Below the pieces are notes generated by a model. That model ran no database searches. It was not told where the DNA came from and saw only the letters and a program-made list of their open reading frames with translations. This document shows, one piece after another, positions 21,503 to 31,689 of a DNA stretch of 64,000 nucleotides. The translations under genes were made by a program, and so were the position numbers. Where the stretch lies: positions 128,001 to 192,000 of the forward strand of contig JAEOTA010000086.1 of assembly GCA_016840085.1 (NCBI GenBank), written 5' to 3'. The DNA is from Promethearchaeota archaeon (GTDB taxonomy: Archaea > Asgardarchaeota > Lokiarchaeia > Sigyniarchaeales > SOKP01). How positions within the stretch are numbered: position 1 is the first letter of the stretch; every line of letters begins with the position of its first letter.

Positions 21503-22254
21503 TCATACATTTCAAGACTTTTATTTTTTGAAGCAAAAGCGTTTAATGCGACTTTTGTAGAAATTTTAGCCTCCTCCTTAGTAACCATCCCTATTGTTAC
21601 AGCACTTATATTATGTTTTGAAATATATTCAAAAGCTTCTACTGGATCAAGATTTCCAGCTGCCAAAGTTTTCATGCCTATAAAATAATAACTACTTGGT
21701 TTATCAACTATATGTTCTAAACTCTTAACATTGCCCATGAATACACCAACTGCGTTAAAGGGAATTAGAAATGCTTTAACATTTAATGATTTATCAATAG
21801 TATATTTAATTGTAGGAATAGGTTCATGAGTTGCAATACCAGGAATTATTCCGTGAGAAACAATATCATCAAGAAGTCTTGACAATTCCTTTCCCTTATT
21901 GTCAGCTATCATCCCGTGCACAAATATTATTTTTGCTTCTGCTTTTATTAATAAGTCTATACTTGAATCCTTTCCAGGATAAGTTGATCCAGTTACAATA
22001 TAATCACTATGAATTTCACTCATTATACGAGAAGCATCCATAATTTTTCCTATTGGAATTGCTTCTATACCTCTTGCTCCGTATTGGTAACTAGTTTCTA
22101 AAATCTCAACCATTTTATCTGGATTATTTAAAAACTTTCTTCGCCATTCAAATGCTTTGAATCCAAATTGACCAGCGCCTATAAAAGGCGATGTACCGTT
22201 AGAAACTAATGGTAATTTCACATTTTCAATATAAAAAAATTTTTTAACCACCAT
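21499..22254 (-). CDS. Aldo/keto-reductase-like TIM-barrel protein of unknown function
   Basis: PGIATH, IPFN, IGMKTLAAG, VTIGM motifs. Confidence 0.65.
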   Translation of the reverse strand: MVVKKFFYIENVKLPLVSNGTSPFIGAGQFGFKAFEWRRKFLNNPDKMVEILETSYQYGARGIEAIPIGKIMDASRIMSEIHSDYIVTGSTYPGKDSSIDLLIKAEAKIIFVHGMIADNKGKELSRLLDDIVSHGIIPGIATHEPIPTIKYTIDKSLNVKAFLIPFNAVGVFMGNVKSLEHIVDKPSSYYFIGMKTLAAGNLDPVEAFEYISKHNISAVTIGMVTKEEAKISTKVALNAFASKNKSLEMYD

Positions 22255-22426
22255 TATACCAATCTATCGAATTAATTTAAATTCCATAAGTGATTATTTA
22301 ATAAGAAAATTATAAAATTTTAAGTCTATTAAAATAATATTGTTCTATAAGAATATCCGAAATCGTAATAATTAGTATATCGCAGAAATTGGAGTTACCC
22401 CTTTTTTATTTAAAGAGGAAATAAAG

Positions 22427-24508
22427 ATGACACATGTTAACGGAGTTATTTGCAACACACTAACATTCTATAATAAGAACTATGAAATTGATAAAGAACT
22501 AAATTCATTATTAATCCGTCACATCCTTACGAATGATATTAATTCACTTCTTCTTTTTGGAAACACAGGGGAAGGCCAGATTTTTTCTGATAAAATTGAA
22601 GAAAAAATAAAACTCATTGATTTATCGTTTGAAATTACAAAACAAAAAACTCCTATTATTATTGGAATATATGGTGATGATGCAGATGATATTTTAAATC
22701 AGATAGAGACATTGGCGAAAAAATTTACTGCTCTTAATTTTATGATTACACCCCCAATTACTAAAAAACTGTCTAGCCAAGATATTAAATCCTATTTTGA
22801 AAATATTTTAAGTTCTATAGATCCTAAAAATCAGATTTATCTACATAATAACCCCGGACTGTTCGCTGGAAATGAAATTACACCAAATTTAATAGAAGAA
22901 TTATTAGAATTTTCCAATCTAAAAGGATTGAACGATTCTTTTTATAATATAAAGAATTGCAAATCTTTTATCCAATTATTAAACAAAAATTTCTCAGTTT
23001 GTTGTGGAATGGAGGAAAATTCTCAAGTATTTTTCCAATTAGTCCCAATAGAACAAAGAAAATATAGCGGAATTGTATCTAGCATAAGTAATTTAGTGAA
23101 TATGTTTTCTAAATTATTTCGATACGCATTAGAGGATAATATTTTAGAACTTCTTCAACTACAAGAGCAAATTAATGATATTAGAAATAAAATTTATTTT
23201 AAGCAAAATGAAAACTGTGAAAGTTTAAGTCTGAAATATGCATTTTTATATCTCTACAAAGACCTAATATCGAATTCTATAGAACATATTAATTTTATTA
23301 CTACAAAAGCACAAGACGATTTTGATTCTATAGTTAAAGAAAGAATTGAAGCTACTATGAATTATCTGGTTAACCAAAAACATATATACCACTTATATTC
23401 ATTAGGTAAAAAAGATATTTATCAATTCCATGATATTATTAAAACCTTTTCTAATATTGATATTTTAGTCAAACAAGGAAAGGTAAAAAAAATAAAGGGA
23501 CCTTATAAAGCTGATATAAATACACTTTATAAGGTAATTTTTGAAAATAGCAAATTAGTTTTCAGATTTCGAACAAGTGTATTTCTTCAATTAGAAAATA
23601 TAATCAATGAGAAACTTTTATTTCCATTTTTAGATAAGACTCTAAATCCTGAAGAGCTTGATTTAAGAAAGAAAGTAAAGCAAATCATCAATTCAAAAAC
23701 AGGTTCTTACATATTCAAGAAAGAAAACCCTTCAATTATTCCAGTAAGAAACTTAATTTATTATGATGAGACTAAAGAAATAATCCCTTATATATTCTCA
23801 GTACAAGAATATATTAGAGGAAAACCTTTATTTCAATTAATAAATCAGTATATTAATGAAGGTAAAAACTTAAATACCAGTAAATTTCTAAATTTATTTG
23901 AAAATTTAGGAGAACATTTAGGACATTTACATAGTATAAAATTTGACTCTTTTTATAGAAAAATTAGAGACATTGGGGGGAATAAAAAAATATCTCCTTC
24001 TGCATTTTTTACTAATGAATTAGAAAATAAGATACAAGAAGCAAAAAAAAATGGAGTGGATTTTGGAAATCAAATAAGGGCTTACTTCAACAATAATAAG
24101 ACATTAATTGAAGATGACAAAGAATATGTTTTAATACATAATGATTTTCAAAGTCAAAATATTATAGTTAAAGAAGAACTAGGCACCATTCAAATTAATG
24201 GATTTGTAGGCTTTGATAAATGGTGTGTTGGACACAGAGCTCAAGATTTTGTTAAAATGGATTATTGGATTTTAAAACCTCTGAATATTTCCTCATTTTA
24301 TGATGCTTTTTATAAGGCTTATTCAAAATATCATAAAGTTAATAATGATTTTAGAAAAAAAATTGAATTATATAAATTGTTATGGCTTTTAAATGAATAT
24401 AATTTTGAATCAGATTTAATAAGAAAGTCTAAGCAAATACCTATTATAAATACTGTTCCATCTTCATTGGAAAATTATTTATTTGAAATAAAAGCCATAA
24501 TTAGGTAA
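22427..24508 (+). CDS. Fusion of DHDPS/NAL-like TIM barrel and APH/choline-kinase-like domain
   Basis: FGNTGEG, TPIIIG, HNNP in the N-terminal half; QEYIRG, HLHSI, IHNDFQSQNIIV in the C-terminal half. Confidence 0.85.
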   Translation: MTHVNGVICNTLTFYNKNYEIDKELNSLLIRHILTNDINSLLLFGNTGEGQIFSDKIEEKIKLIDLSFEITKQKTPIIIGIYGDDADDILNQIETLAKKFTALNFMITPPITKKLSSQDIKSYFENILSSIDPKNQIYLHNNPGLFAGNEITPNLIEELLEFSNLKGLNDSFYNIKNCKSFIQLLNKNFSVCCGMEENSQVFFQLVPIEQRKYSGIVSSISNLVNMFSKLFRYALEDNILELLQLQEQINDIRNKIYFKQNENCESLSLKYAFLYLYKDLISNSIEHINFITTKAQDDFDSIVKERIEATMNYLVNQKHIYHLYSLGKKDIYQFHDIIKTFSNIDILVKQGKVKKIKGPYKADINTLYKVIFENSKLVFRFRTSVFLQLENIINEKLLFPFLDKTLNPEELDLRKKVKQIINSKTGSYIFKKENPSIIPVRNLIYYDETKEIIPYIFSVQEYIRGKPLFQLINQYINEGKNLNTSKFLNLFENLGEHLGHLHSIKFDSFYRKIRDIGGNKKISPSAFFTNELENKIQEAKKNGVDFGNQIRAYFNNNKTLIEDDKEYVLIHNDFQSQNIIVKEELGTIQINGFVGFDKWCVGHRAQDFVKMDYWILKPLNISSFYDAFYKAYSKYHKVNNDFRKKIELYKLLWLLNEYNFESDLIRKSKQIPIINTVPSSLENYLFEIKAIIR

Positions 24509-25598
24509 GAGAGACAGAAGCATAACTTAAAAGATTTGTTTGACGAGATTTAATATTTAATTCCAGGTTTGACAATTTAATCCCAACAAGTCTTATCTTT
24601 TTATTTATATCTGAGAATTCCCCATATAACTTTAAAATTTCATCCATTACAATATTTTTGTCCTGAATATGATATAAAAGCGTTATTGAGCGATTATATG
24701 TTAGATAACCTTCGAATCTTATTTTCAACGTTATAGTTTTGTAAGTTATATTCTTTTTTGTAACCGATTTATGTATTTTATTATTTATATCTTCCAGTTT
24801 TGATAATACCTCTTGAAAATCATCTGTATCCGCAAAGAATGTTCTTTCTGCACTAATGGATTTCCTCCCTTCATGAAATTCCTTTACTTTCCTATTATCA
24901 AGACCATTCACAACTTTCCAAATCCATTCTCCATTCTTACCAAATAAATTTATAAAATTAAATAAGGGTATTTTTAAAATGTCCCCTATCTTTTTAATGC
25001 CCTTTTTATTTAGATATGTTTTAGATTTTTTACCAATACCGGGGATTTTTGTAATATCTAAATCTTTCAGTTTTTCTTTAAAATTATTTGGTGTAAAAAC
25101 TGTTATTCCGTTTGGTTTATTAAAATCAGAAGCAATTTTGGCTAAAGATTTTGTTGGAGCACACCCAATTGAAATTGTTACCCCTAAGTTTTTATATATA
25201 TTATCTTGAATAATTTCTGCAATTTCTTTAACCGCTTCAAAATCTGAGCAAATTTCTGTAAGATCCAAATATGCCTCATCGGTTCCTGCTTGTTGGAAAT
25301 TATCCGAATATTTTTTTAGAATTTGCATAACCTGTTTAGACACTTTTCTATATTTTTCACCAGTTGGTCTTAAGTAAATCCCATGAGGGCATCTCTGGTA
25401 AGCTTGAGAGATGGGCATTCCCGAACAAAGACCAAATTCTCTTGCTTCATATGAACAAGTTGACACAACACCTCGACCCTTACCTTTTTTTGGGTCAGCA
25501 CCAATAATAACAGGCTTTCCTCTATATTGGGGATTATCTCTTATTTCAACTGCTGCATAAAAACAATCCAAATCACAGTGTATTATCAATCTTGTCAT
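24501..25598 (-). CDS. dinB: Y-family DNA polymerase IV
   Basis: HCDLDCFYAAVE, SYEAR, TDEAYLD, AKIASD, KPNG; C-terminal QTNLLSY PIP-like motif. Confidence 0.95.
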   Translation of the reverse strand: MTRLIIHCDLDCFYAAVEIRDNPQYRGKPVIIGADPKKGKGRGVVSTCSYEAREFGLCSGMPISQAYQRCPHGIYLRPTGEKYRKVSKQVMQILKKYSDNFQQAGTDEAYLDLTEICSDFEAVKEIAEIIQDNIYKNLGVTISIGCAPTKSLAKIASDFNKPNGITVFTPNNFKEKLKDLDITKIPGIGKKSKTYLNKKGIKKIGDILKIPLFNFINLFGKNGEWIWKVVNGLDNRKVKEFHEGRKSISAERTFFADTDDFQEVLSKLEDINNKIHKSVTKKNITYKTITLKIRFEGYLTYNRSITLLYHIQDKNIVMDEILKLYGEFSDINKKIRLVGIKLSNLELNIKSRQTNLLSYASVSLT

Positions 25599-25770
25599 TA
25601 TTGAGATTTATTTTTACTAAAGAGGGGTATAATATGTGGTACTTATGATATTTTTTATCTTAATTTAAAAAATGGGACTAATTAAAATTTTTAATAAATC
25701 TTGAATTGATAGTTCTTTTCTTATAAAAATTACATACTATATTTTTAATATACTCTTAATTATTTATACT

Positions 25771-26454
25771 ATGTCAATGAATAAAGAAGAACAACTTCGA
25801 TTAGAAGTAGTTAAAGCAGCAAAAGCTATTTTTGCAAAAGGATTAGTAGAAGCTGGAGAGGGTAATGTTAGTATAAGAAATGGTAAAAAAGAGGAACTTT
25901 TCATCACTCCTTCATTCAACCAATATACTACTTTAAAGAAAGACGAAATTGTCCATATGAATTTTGATGGTACTTCTTTAAGTAGTGGAAAATTGCCTTC
26001 GACAGAAGTAAAAATGCATATTGCTATTTACCAATCAAGACCAAAGGTACAAGCAGTAATTCATACTCATTCAATATATGCAACATTACTCTCAGTTGTC
26101 CAAAAAAATATTCCAATATTAATGGAAGAAATGTACATTTTCATAGGAGGTTCTATTGATGTATCTAGATTTGGAAAGGCTCACACAGAAGAAATAGGCA
26201 ATGTGGCTCTTAATGCATTAGGAATTAAAAATGCAGCTTTATTAGAAAATCATGGTGTTATTGTGTGTGGGAAATCCATAGATCATGCAGTAAAATTTGC
26301 AGAATTAGTGGAAAAATTAGCAAAAATTTATTGGGGAGCTTTACAGATAGGAGAACCAAAAGTTATTTCAGAAGAACATCTTGATAGATTTAAAAAACTC
26401 CATGAAAGCTTATTTGCTAATTATCCTCGAAGTATGCGAAAGAAAAAATTGTAA
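25771..26454 (+). CDS. Class II aldolase/adducin family (fuculose-phosphate aldolase-like)
   Basis: EGNVS, PSTEVKMH, HTHS, LENHG. Confidence 0.92.
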   Translation: MSMNKEEQLRLEVVKAAKAIFAKGLVEAGEGNVSIRNGKKEELFITPSFNQYTTLKKDEIVHMNFDGTSLSSGKLPSTEVKMHIAIYQSRPKVQAVIHTHSIYATLLSVVQKNIPILMEEMYIFIGGSIDVSRFGKAHTEEIGNVALNALGIKNAALLENHGVIVCGKSIDHAVKFAELVEKLAKIYWGALQIGEPKVISEEHLDRFKKLHESLFANYPRSMRKKKL

Positions 26455-26472
26455 TATAATAGTACATTTTAA

Positions 26473-27318
26473 GTGAAAAAAATGGAGATAGGTATAAGTT
26501 CTCTTGGACATCTTATAGATCTTGGGATTTCAGGTAATTTCAAAAGCTTAGACGACTTATTAATCAAAGCTACAAATAATTGTCTCAATTTTGCAGAAAA
26601 AAATGATATTAATGTCGTTGAGATAGTAATAGATCCTCCAACGATATTAAAAAGTGATAATTGGCAGCAATTCATTGATTTAATAAGGTCTTATTCAATT
26701 AAAATACAAATTCATGGTCCTTTTATTAATGTTAGTTTATGTTCTAACAATAAACTTATTTCAGAAGCGTCAATTAAATCTTATATTGAAGCAGCTAAAA
26801 TATCTAGAGAATTAGGGGCTAAAATTTTAACAATTCATCCAGGAGTTGGAGATTTTCTAATTAAATCTTTAAGAGAATTTAATAAAATCAATTTAATTGA
26901 TGCGCTTAATAAATTATTAGATTTTACTAACACTTTGGAAATAGCTCTTTGCATTGAGAATATGCCAAGTAAGACATATATGCTTTTAGATGAAAATGAA
27001 ATAGAAAGTTTATTTAATAGAATAAATCGCTCGGAATTATTCCTTACTTATGATACTAGTCACTTTTATACAACAGATGGAGATGTTACACTATTATGGG
27101 AAAAAATGTATAAAAAAATAAGAAACATTCATATAGTAGATAATTTTAGTAAAGAAACCGATACACACCCCCCTTTAGGAACCGGAAAAATAGGTTTCAA
27201 TGAAATCTTTAGTTTAATAGACCAATACAGCTATAATGGTGCATTGATCATTGAATTATCATCATCTAAACATTTAATTCAAAGTATTGATTTTGTCAAA
27301 AATTTTATTTGTAAATAA
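26473..27318 (+). CDS. Sugar-phosphate isomerase/epimerase (xylose isomerase-like TIM barrel)
   Basis: HGPF, TIHPG, IENMP, YDTSH, HIVDN, HPPLGTG, IIE. Confidence 0.88.
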   Translation: MKKMEIGISSLGHLIDLGISGNFKSLDDLLIKATNNCLNFAEKNDINVVEIVIDPPTILKSDNWQQFIDLIRSYSIKIQIHGPFINVSLCSNNKLISEASIKSYIEAAKISRELGAKILTIHPGVGDFLIKSLREFNKINLIDALNKLLDFTNTLEIALCIENMPSKTYMLLDENEIESLFNRINRSELFLTYDTSHFYTTDGDVTLLWEKMYKKIRNIHIVDNFSKETDTHPPLGTGKIGFNEIFSLIDQYSYNGALIIELSSSKHLIQSIDFVKNFICK

Positions 27319-27388
27319 AAATAAAAAGCATTATTAAAATTAGTTTGAAAATAAATATTTAATTTAAAAAGCCAATTCAGAAGTTATT

Positions 27389-27781
27389 ATGCCAATAATA
27401 TCATTACAATTAACTGACGATCTACTAGAACGATTTGAAAAAGTTCGAAATTTAAGTGGGTTTACCTCTAAAAGTGAAGCTTTAAGAGATTCAATTGTAA
27501 GTTTTATTGAAAAACATGAGAAATTTGAAAAATTAGAAGGATATAAAATAATGACTATTAGTCTAGTCTATCCTTTTAAAGATATAATAATAGACCAGAT
27601 CTCTGATTTATATTCACAATTTCACCATATTATTAAAACAATTACGGATTGGCGGATTGCAGAAAAAAAAATAGAAATAATTCTTTTAGTCGGTGAAATT
27701 GAGGTTATAAAAGACCTTTATAAAAAATTAGCTAAGATTAAAGATATAATATGCTCAATTCGAGAAATTATAATTGACTAA
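27389..27781 (+). CDS. NikR-like RHH-ACT transcriptional regulator
   Basis: IISLQL strand and SKSEALRD helix followed by an ACT-like domain. Confidence 0.8.
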   Translation: MPIISLQLTDDLLERFEKVRNLSGFTSKSEALRDSIVSFIEKHEKFEKLEGYKIMTISLVYPFKDIIIDQISDLYSQFHHIIKTITDWRIAEKKIEIILLVGEIEVIKDLYKKLAKIKDIICSIREIIID

Positions 27782-27788
27782 ACCATTT

Positions 27789-28649
27789 TTAATCAAATCT
27801 AAGTGAAAAATCCATAAATTCAGTAGGTCGTTGGGTTAATAATCCTAAACTTATAATATCTGGTTCTGCAATCAAAAAGTCAATTATGTTATCTTCAGAT
27901 ATACCTCCAGATATCTCAATAATTACTTGATCTCTCAAACTATTTTTTTTTAATAAATTAATGGCATCCTCAACCTTATCAGGACTAAAATTATCTAACA
28001 TGATAATATCTGCTCCATTCTTTGCAGCAATCAACACGTCGCTGACTTTTTCTACTTCAATTTCAATTTTTTTTGTAAAGCTCGCTTTTTTATTTATATT
28101 TTTTAAAAGTAATTCTACATCTCCATCATAATATTTCAAATGAGTGTCTTTCAAGAGAATCTCATCAAGTGAATATCGATGTGTGTCAGCTCCACCTAGT
28201 TCTACTGCTTTTTTTTCGAATATTCTGATACCTGGTGTTGTTTTACGAGTACAAGCGATCTTTACATTTTTTCCTGAATTTTTTATTATTTTTACGAATC
28301 TTTTAGTTGTTGAAGTTATATTACTCATATGTGTTATTAGATTCAGCCCTACCCTTTCTCCAAGTAAAATATCTCTTGCATTCCCTTTTAATTCTGCTAT
28401 AATATCTCCTTCTTTTACTTCTTCTCCATCTCTTTTTATAAAATTAGTTGAAACACCTAATATATCGAATAGAATTTTCAACTCTTCAAGTCCAGAAATG
28501 TATCCATTACTTTTCGTAGAAATCCTAGCTGATACTTTAGTATTTTGAGGTATACATACAGAACTAACATCAGCAAAACTACAATCTTCTTCTAAAAACT
28601 CACGTAATTTCTTCTCAATAATAATTTTATTATAACTCATTATTTGCAC
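27789..28649 (-). CDS. nadC: Quinolinate phosphoribosyltransferase
   Basis: TRKTTPG, HRYSL, LKDTH, EIEVE, IMLDNF; start may be the ATG at 28640. Confidence 0.95.
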   Translation of the reverse strand: MQIMSYNKIIIEKKLREFLEEDCSFADVSSVCIPQNTKVSARISTKSNGYISGLEELKILFDILGVSTNFIKRDGEEVKEGDIIAELKGNARDILLGERVGLNLITHMSNITSTTKRFVKIIKNSGKNVKIACTRKTTPGIRIFEKKAVELGGADTHRYSLDEILLKDTHLKYYDGDVELLLKNINKKASFTKKIEIEVEKVSDVLIAAKNGADIIMLDNFSPDKVEDAINLLKKNSLRDQVIIEISGGISEDNIIDFLIAEPDIISLGLLTQRPTEFMDFSLRFD

Positions 28650-28695
28650 AAATGTCTATAGTATAATTATTATAGGTTAAATATTAAATAAAATT

Positions 28696-29334
28696 ATGGT
28701 AGAAATTGATATACTATTCATTAATAATAATGAAATTAAGCTGGAAGCGGAATATTACCAATCAAGTTTACGTAATACAAGGCCATCTGTTTTAATTTGT
28801 CATCCGCATCCACAATTTGGTGGTAATATGCATAATAATATTGTTTCTGCGGTATTTAACAAATTAATCAATAGCAATATCTCTTGTTTAAGATTCAATT
28901 TTAGAGGTGTTGGAAGATCTTCTGGAAATCATTCAGATGGAATGGGTGAATTAAGTGATGTTAAGGCATCTGTAGATTTTTTAATTAATAATAAAAAATG
29001 TGAGAAAATCATTATTTGTGGCTATTCATATGGTGCTGTAATAGGGTGTTCAGCAGTTAATTATTCAGATAAGATAATTGGTTTTATCTCCATATCTTTT
29101 CCATGGGATTTTATGGGAGCGAAATTCAAAGAATTATCTCAAACTTCGAAAAAAAAACTATTTATTCAAGGAAATCGTGATACCGTTGCTCGTTATGAAA
29201 ATTTCTATGAAAATTTTAATTTATACTTAAATCCAAAAATAAGCAAAATTATCGATGGCGCAGATCACTTTTATGGGGGTTACGAAGAACAAGTTGCTAA
29301 TGCAATTCTAGATTTTTATTATTCCATTGTCTAA
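28696..29334 (+). CDS. Alpha/beta hydrolase
   Basis: CHPHPQFGGNM, RFNFRGVG, GYSYG nucleophile, GADHFY. Confidence 0.9.
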   Translation: MVEIDILFINNNEIKLEAEYYQSSLRNTRPSVLICHPHPQFGGNMHNNIVSAVFNKLINSNISCLRFNFRGVGRSSGNHSDGMGELSDVKASVDFLINNKKCEKIIICGYSYGAVIGCSAVNYSDKIIGFISISFPWDFMGAKFKELSQTSKKKLFIQGNRDTVARYENFYENFNLYLNPKISKIIDGADHFYGGYEEQVANAILDFYYSIV

Positions 29335-29411
29335 GAGATTTGAAGTAAGATTTTACCAAATAGAAGTCTTGAAGGAAAAACTGATAAATAAAAAATAAGT
29401 AATAAATAATT

Positions 29412-29819
29412 TTAGAGTGATGAAAGTTTTTCTAGATCGGCTTTACTATTTTCTTCTGCCCAATCTAGAAGTTGATCCACATATTTCTCAATTTCTCCGG
29501 ATTCTGGTAATTTTGTTAATACTGCTAAAAGGAATTGGGTATTAGGATTAATAATTATATTTCTCATTATTATAAAGTCTTCTTTATATTTAATTTTCAT
29601 ACTCCTAACTTCTGATAAACCTATTTCTTCTGCTGCTTTATATGCTGCATCGCTCAGTAAAGATCCCATAGCTGCTACTGCACGTTCGTCAATCTTTTCC
29701 TCCTTTTGGGACGCTAATACTAATCCAGTTGATGTTGCAAAAAGTGATGCGCGAAAATTTCCATTATCATTAAGTTCTTTCAGTACTAATCCGAGTCTAC
29801 TAACCAAATTAACGCACAC
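29412..29819 (-). CDS. Roadblock/LC7 domain protein
   Basis: STGLVLAS, RAVAAMGS; roadblock secondary-structure pattern; start uncertain. Confidence 0.85.
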   Translation of the reverse strand: MCVNLVSRLGLVLKELNDNGNFRASLFATSTGLVLASQKEEKIDERAVAAMGSLLSDAAYKAAEEIGLSEVRSMKIKYKEDFIIMRNIIINPNTQFLLAVLTKLPESGEIEKYVDQLLDWAEENSKADLEKLSSL

Positions 29820-30027
29820 TCTTATATAATTAATTTATAAATATCTTAAAGGAAATTTCCATATTATTTTATATCAATATTATTAAATTTAGATTCTTTA
29901 GCATAAAATTTCCTTGTATTTATTATATGAGTTAAATAATATTTAAAATTATTTGAAGTAGAATATTCAAAATATCTCATTTTTTCACTACTATTTCATC
30001 ATAATCAATTAAAAATTCAAAACCTCT

Positions 30028-30540
30028 CTAAATCTTTAGATTTATAATAAAAGTTGATAAAATATTATCCTCATCAATATTTAAAGTCATAACACTAGGT
30101 CTTGCTATAGGTGTTTTAAATCCAGGTTTTTTAAATGGGGCTTTTGGTTTTGTAGGAGAACCAGGATTTAAAAGAAGAACATTATACTCTGTTCCTTTTA
30201 TAAGTGGTCTATGAGTATGGCCATGAATTAATATATTTAAGTTATGCTTCTTTACAAATTCTTCAACATTCTCAGGTAATTTATGGATTACTCCTATATT
30301 ATAACGCCCTACTATGAATTTAATGAAATCTTCTAAATCTCTAATCTCATCAAAATATCCTTTTACACATCGAGTAGGAGCTATTTTATTTAGTTCATTT
30401 AGGAATATTTGAGAACAAACATCGCCAGCATGAATTATTTCATCAACATCTTTAAAAACATTCTTTAATTTTACGATAAATTTATTTATTTTATCCTCCT
30501 CTTCATTAAAATGGGTATCTGATATAATTCCGATTTTCAT
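30028..30540 (-). CDS. YfcE/Vps29-family metallophosphoesterase
   Basis: ISDTH, HAGD, HGHTH, NPGS. Confidence 0.88.
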   Translation of the reverse strand: MKIGIISDTHFNEEEDKINKFIVKLKNVFKDVDEIIHAGDVCSQIFLNELNKIAPTRCVKGYFDEIRDLEDFIKFIVGRYNIGVIHKLPENVEEFVKKHNLNILIHGHTHRPLIKGTEYNVLLLNPGSPTKPKAPFKKPGFKTPIARPSVMTLNIDEDNILSTFIINLKI

Positions 30541-30555
30541 TTAAATAACACACCG

Positions 30556-31629
30556 TTATATAGCAACCAACATACTCATTAAAAAAATTAGGATACCCAT
30601 TATAATATCAATAAAATAACGGAAATATTTATCACCTTTAGTTTTCTCACTAGCTTCATCAATTTTAAAATAAGTTTTAAAAATTTGAAATCCTGTGTTA
30701 ACGCCATCTTTTATCTTGGGAAATTGCCAAACTAGTAGCACAATACCAATGACCAATAACGGACAATAAAGATAAAGTGCAACAAGAGTAAAATCATTCT
30801 CTTGAATAAAACTCCAGATTGTATGAGCAGCAACTATATTATTTAATGTATGGGCGATTATAGCAGGAAAAATCCACTTTTTTTTTAATATAAATAACGA
30901 GAGAATTATTCCTATTAATAAAGCTTGTAAAAACCAAACAAATGGATACCAAAAGGGATACAATCTACTTACAGGATCAAGAAAATAAGCAAAGTGCCCT
31001 AATCCAAAAAAAATTGATGATATCATCACTGCTGACATTATAAAAAAATATTCGCTACCTCTTTTTGCTATAAGGCCTCTGGAAATTGATTCTTCAGCAA
31101 TAGATACTGAAATCTGGATAATGATTACAGAAATTAAAAATACAAAATAATTACTGGACACCAGATATATATTAGTGTTTTTTAGACTTAAAGCCAATGC
31201 TTGATATTCAATCATTTCTGGAATTAATAAATAAGTAAAAAAGTCTATAGGTAGAAAAACTAAAAAGAAAATTAATAATCCATATAAAATTTGATATTTA
31301 TAATTTTTTTTTGTCATTTTAAATAACCTTAAATGCCCTATCGAAGGGGGGATATCTTCATCAATGATAACTTGCTTTTTTTGAGACTCAAATATTAAAT
31401 TTGATAAATATAAGGTAAGTGGAATACCTATGAAAATGAATATTGCCCTCAAACCATAAAATAAAATTCCATATAAAACTGATTCTTTATTTATAAGTAA
31501 GGGAACAACGAATATTGGAATAATTAACAGTAAAAATACAAAAATAAACATAAGCGCAACTTCATATATGAAAAATCTCAATCTATCAACTGCAATCTTT
31601 TTCTTTCCATAATAAACTCTAGAAACCAT
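30556..31629 (-). CDS. CPBP (Rce1/Abi) intramembrane glutamic protease
   Basis: Multi-TM; EESISRG, FGLGH, AHTLNN. Confidence 0.88.
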   Translation of the reverse strand: MVSRVYYGKKKIAVDRLRFFIYEVALMFIFVFLLLIIPIFVVPLLINKESVLYGILFYGLRAIFIFIGIPLTLYLSNLIFESQKKQVIIDEDIPPSIGHLRLFKMTKKNYKYQILYGLLIFFLVFLPIDFFTYLLIPEMIEYQALALSLKNTNIYLVSSNYFVFLISVIIIQISVSIAEESISRGLIAKRGSEYFFIMSAVMISSIFFGLGHFAYFLDPVSRLYPFWYPFVWFLQALLIGIILSLFILKKKWIFPAIIAHTLNNIVAAHTIWSFIQENDFTLVALYLYCPLLVIGIVLLVWQFPKIKDGVNTGFQIFKTYFKIDEASEKTKGDKYFRYFIDIIMGILIFLMSMLVAI

Positions 31630-31689
31630 TAATATTCACCTAAATTTGAATAAAAAATTATAAAATTGAAAAATTATAAACTTTTTTAT

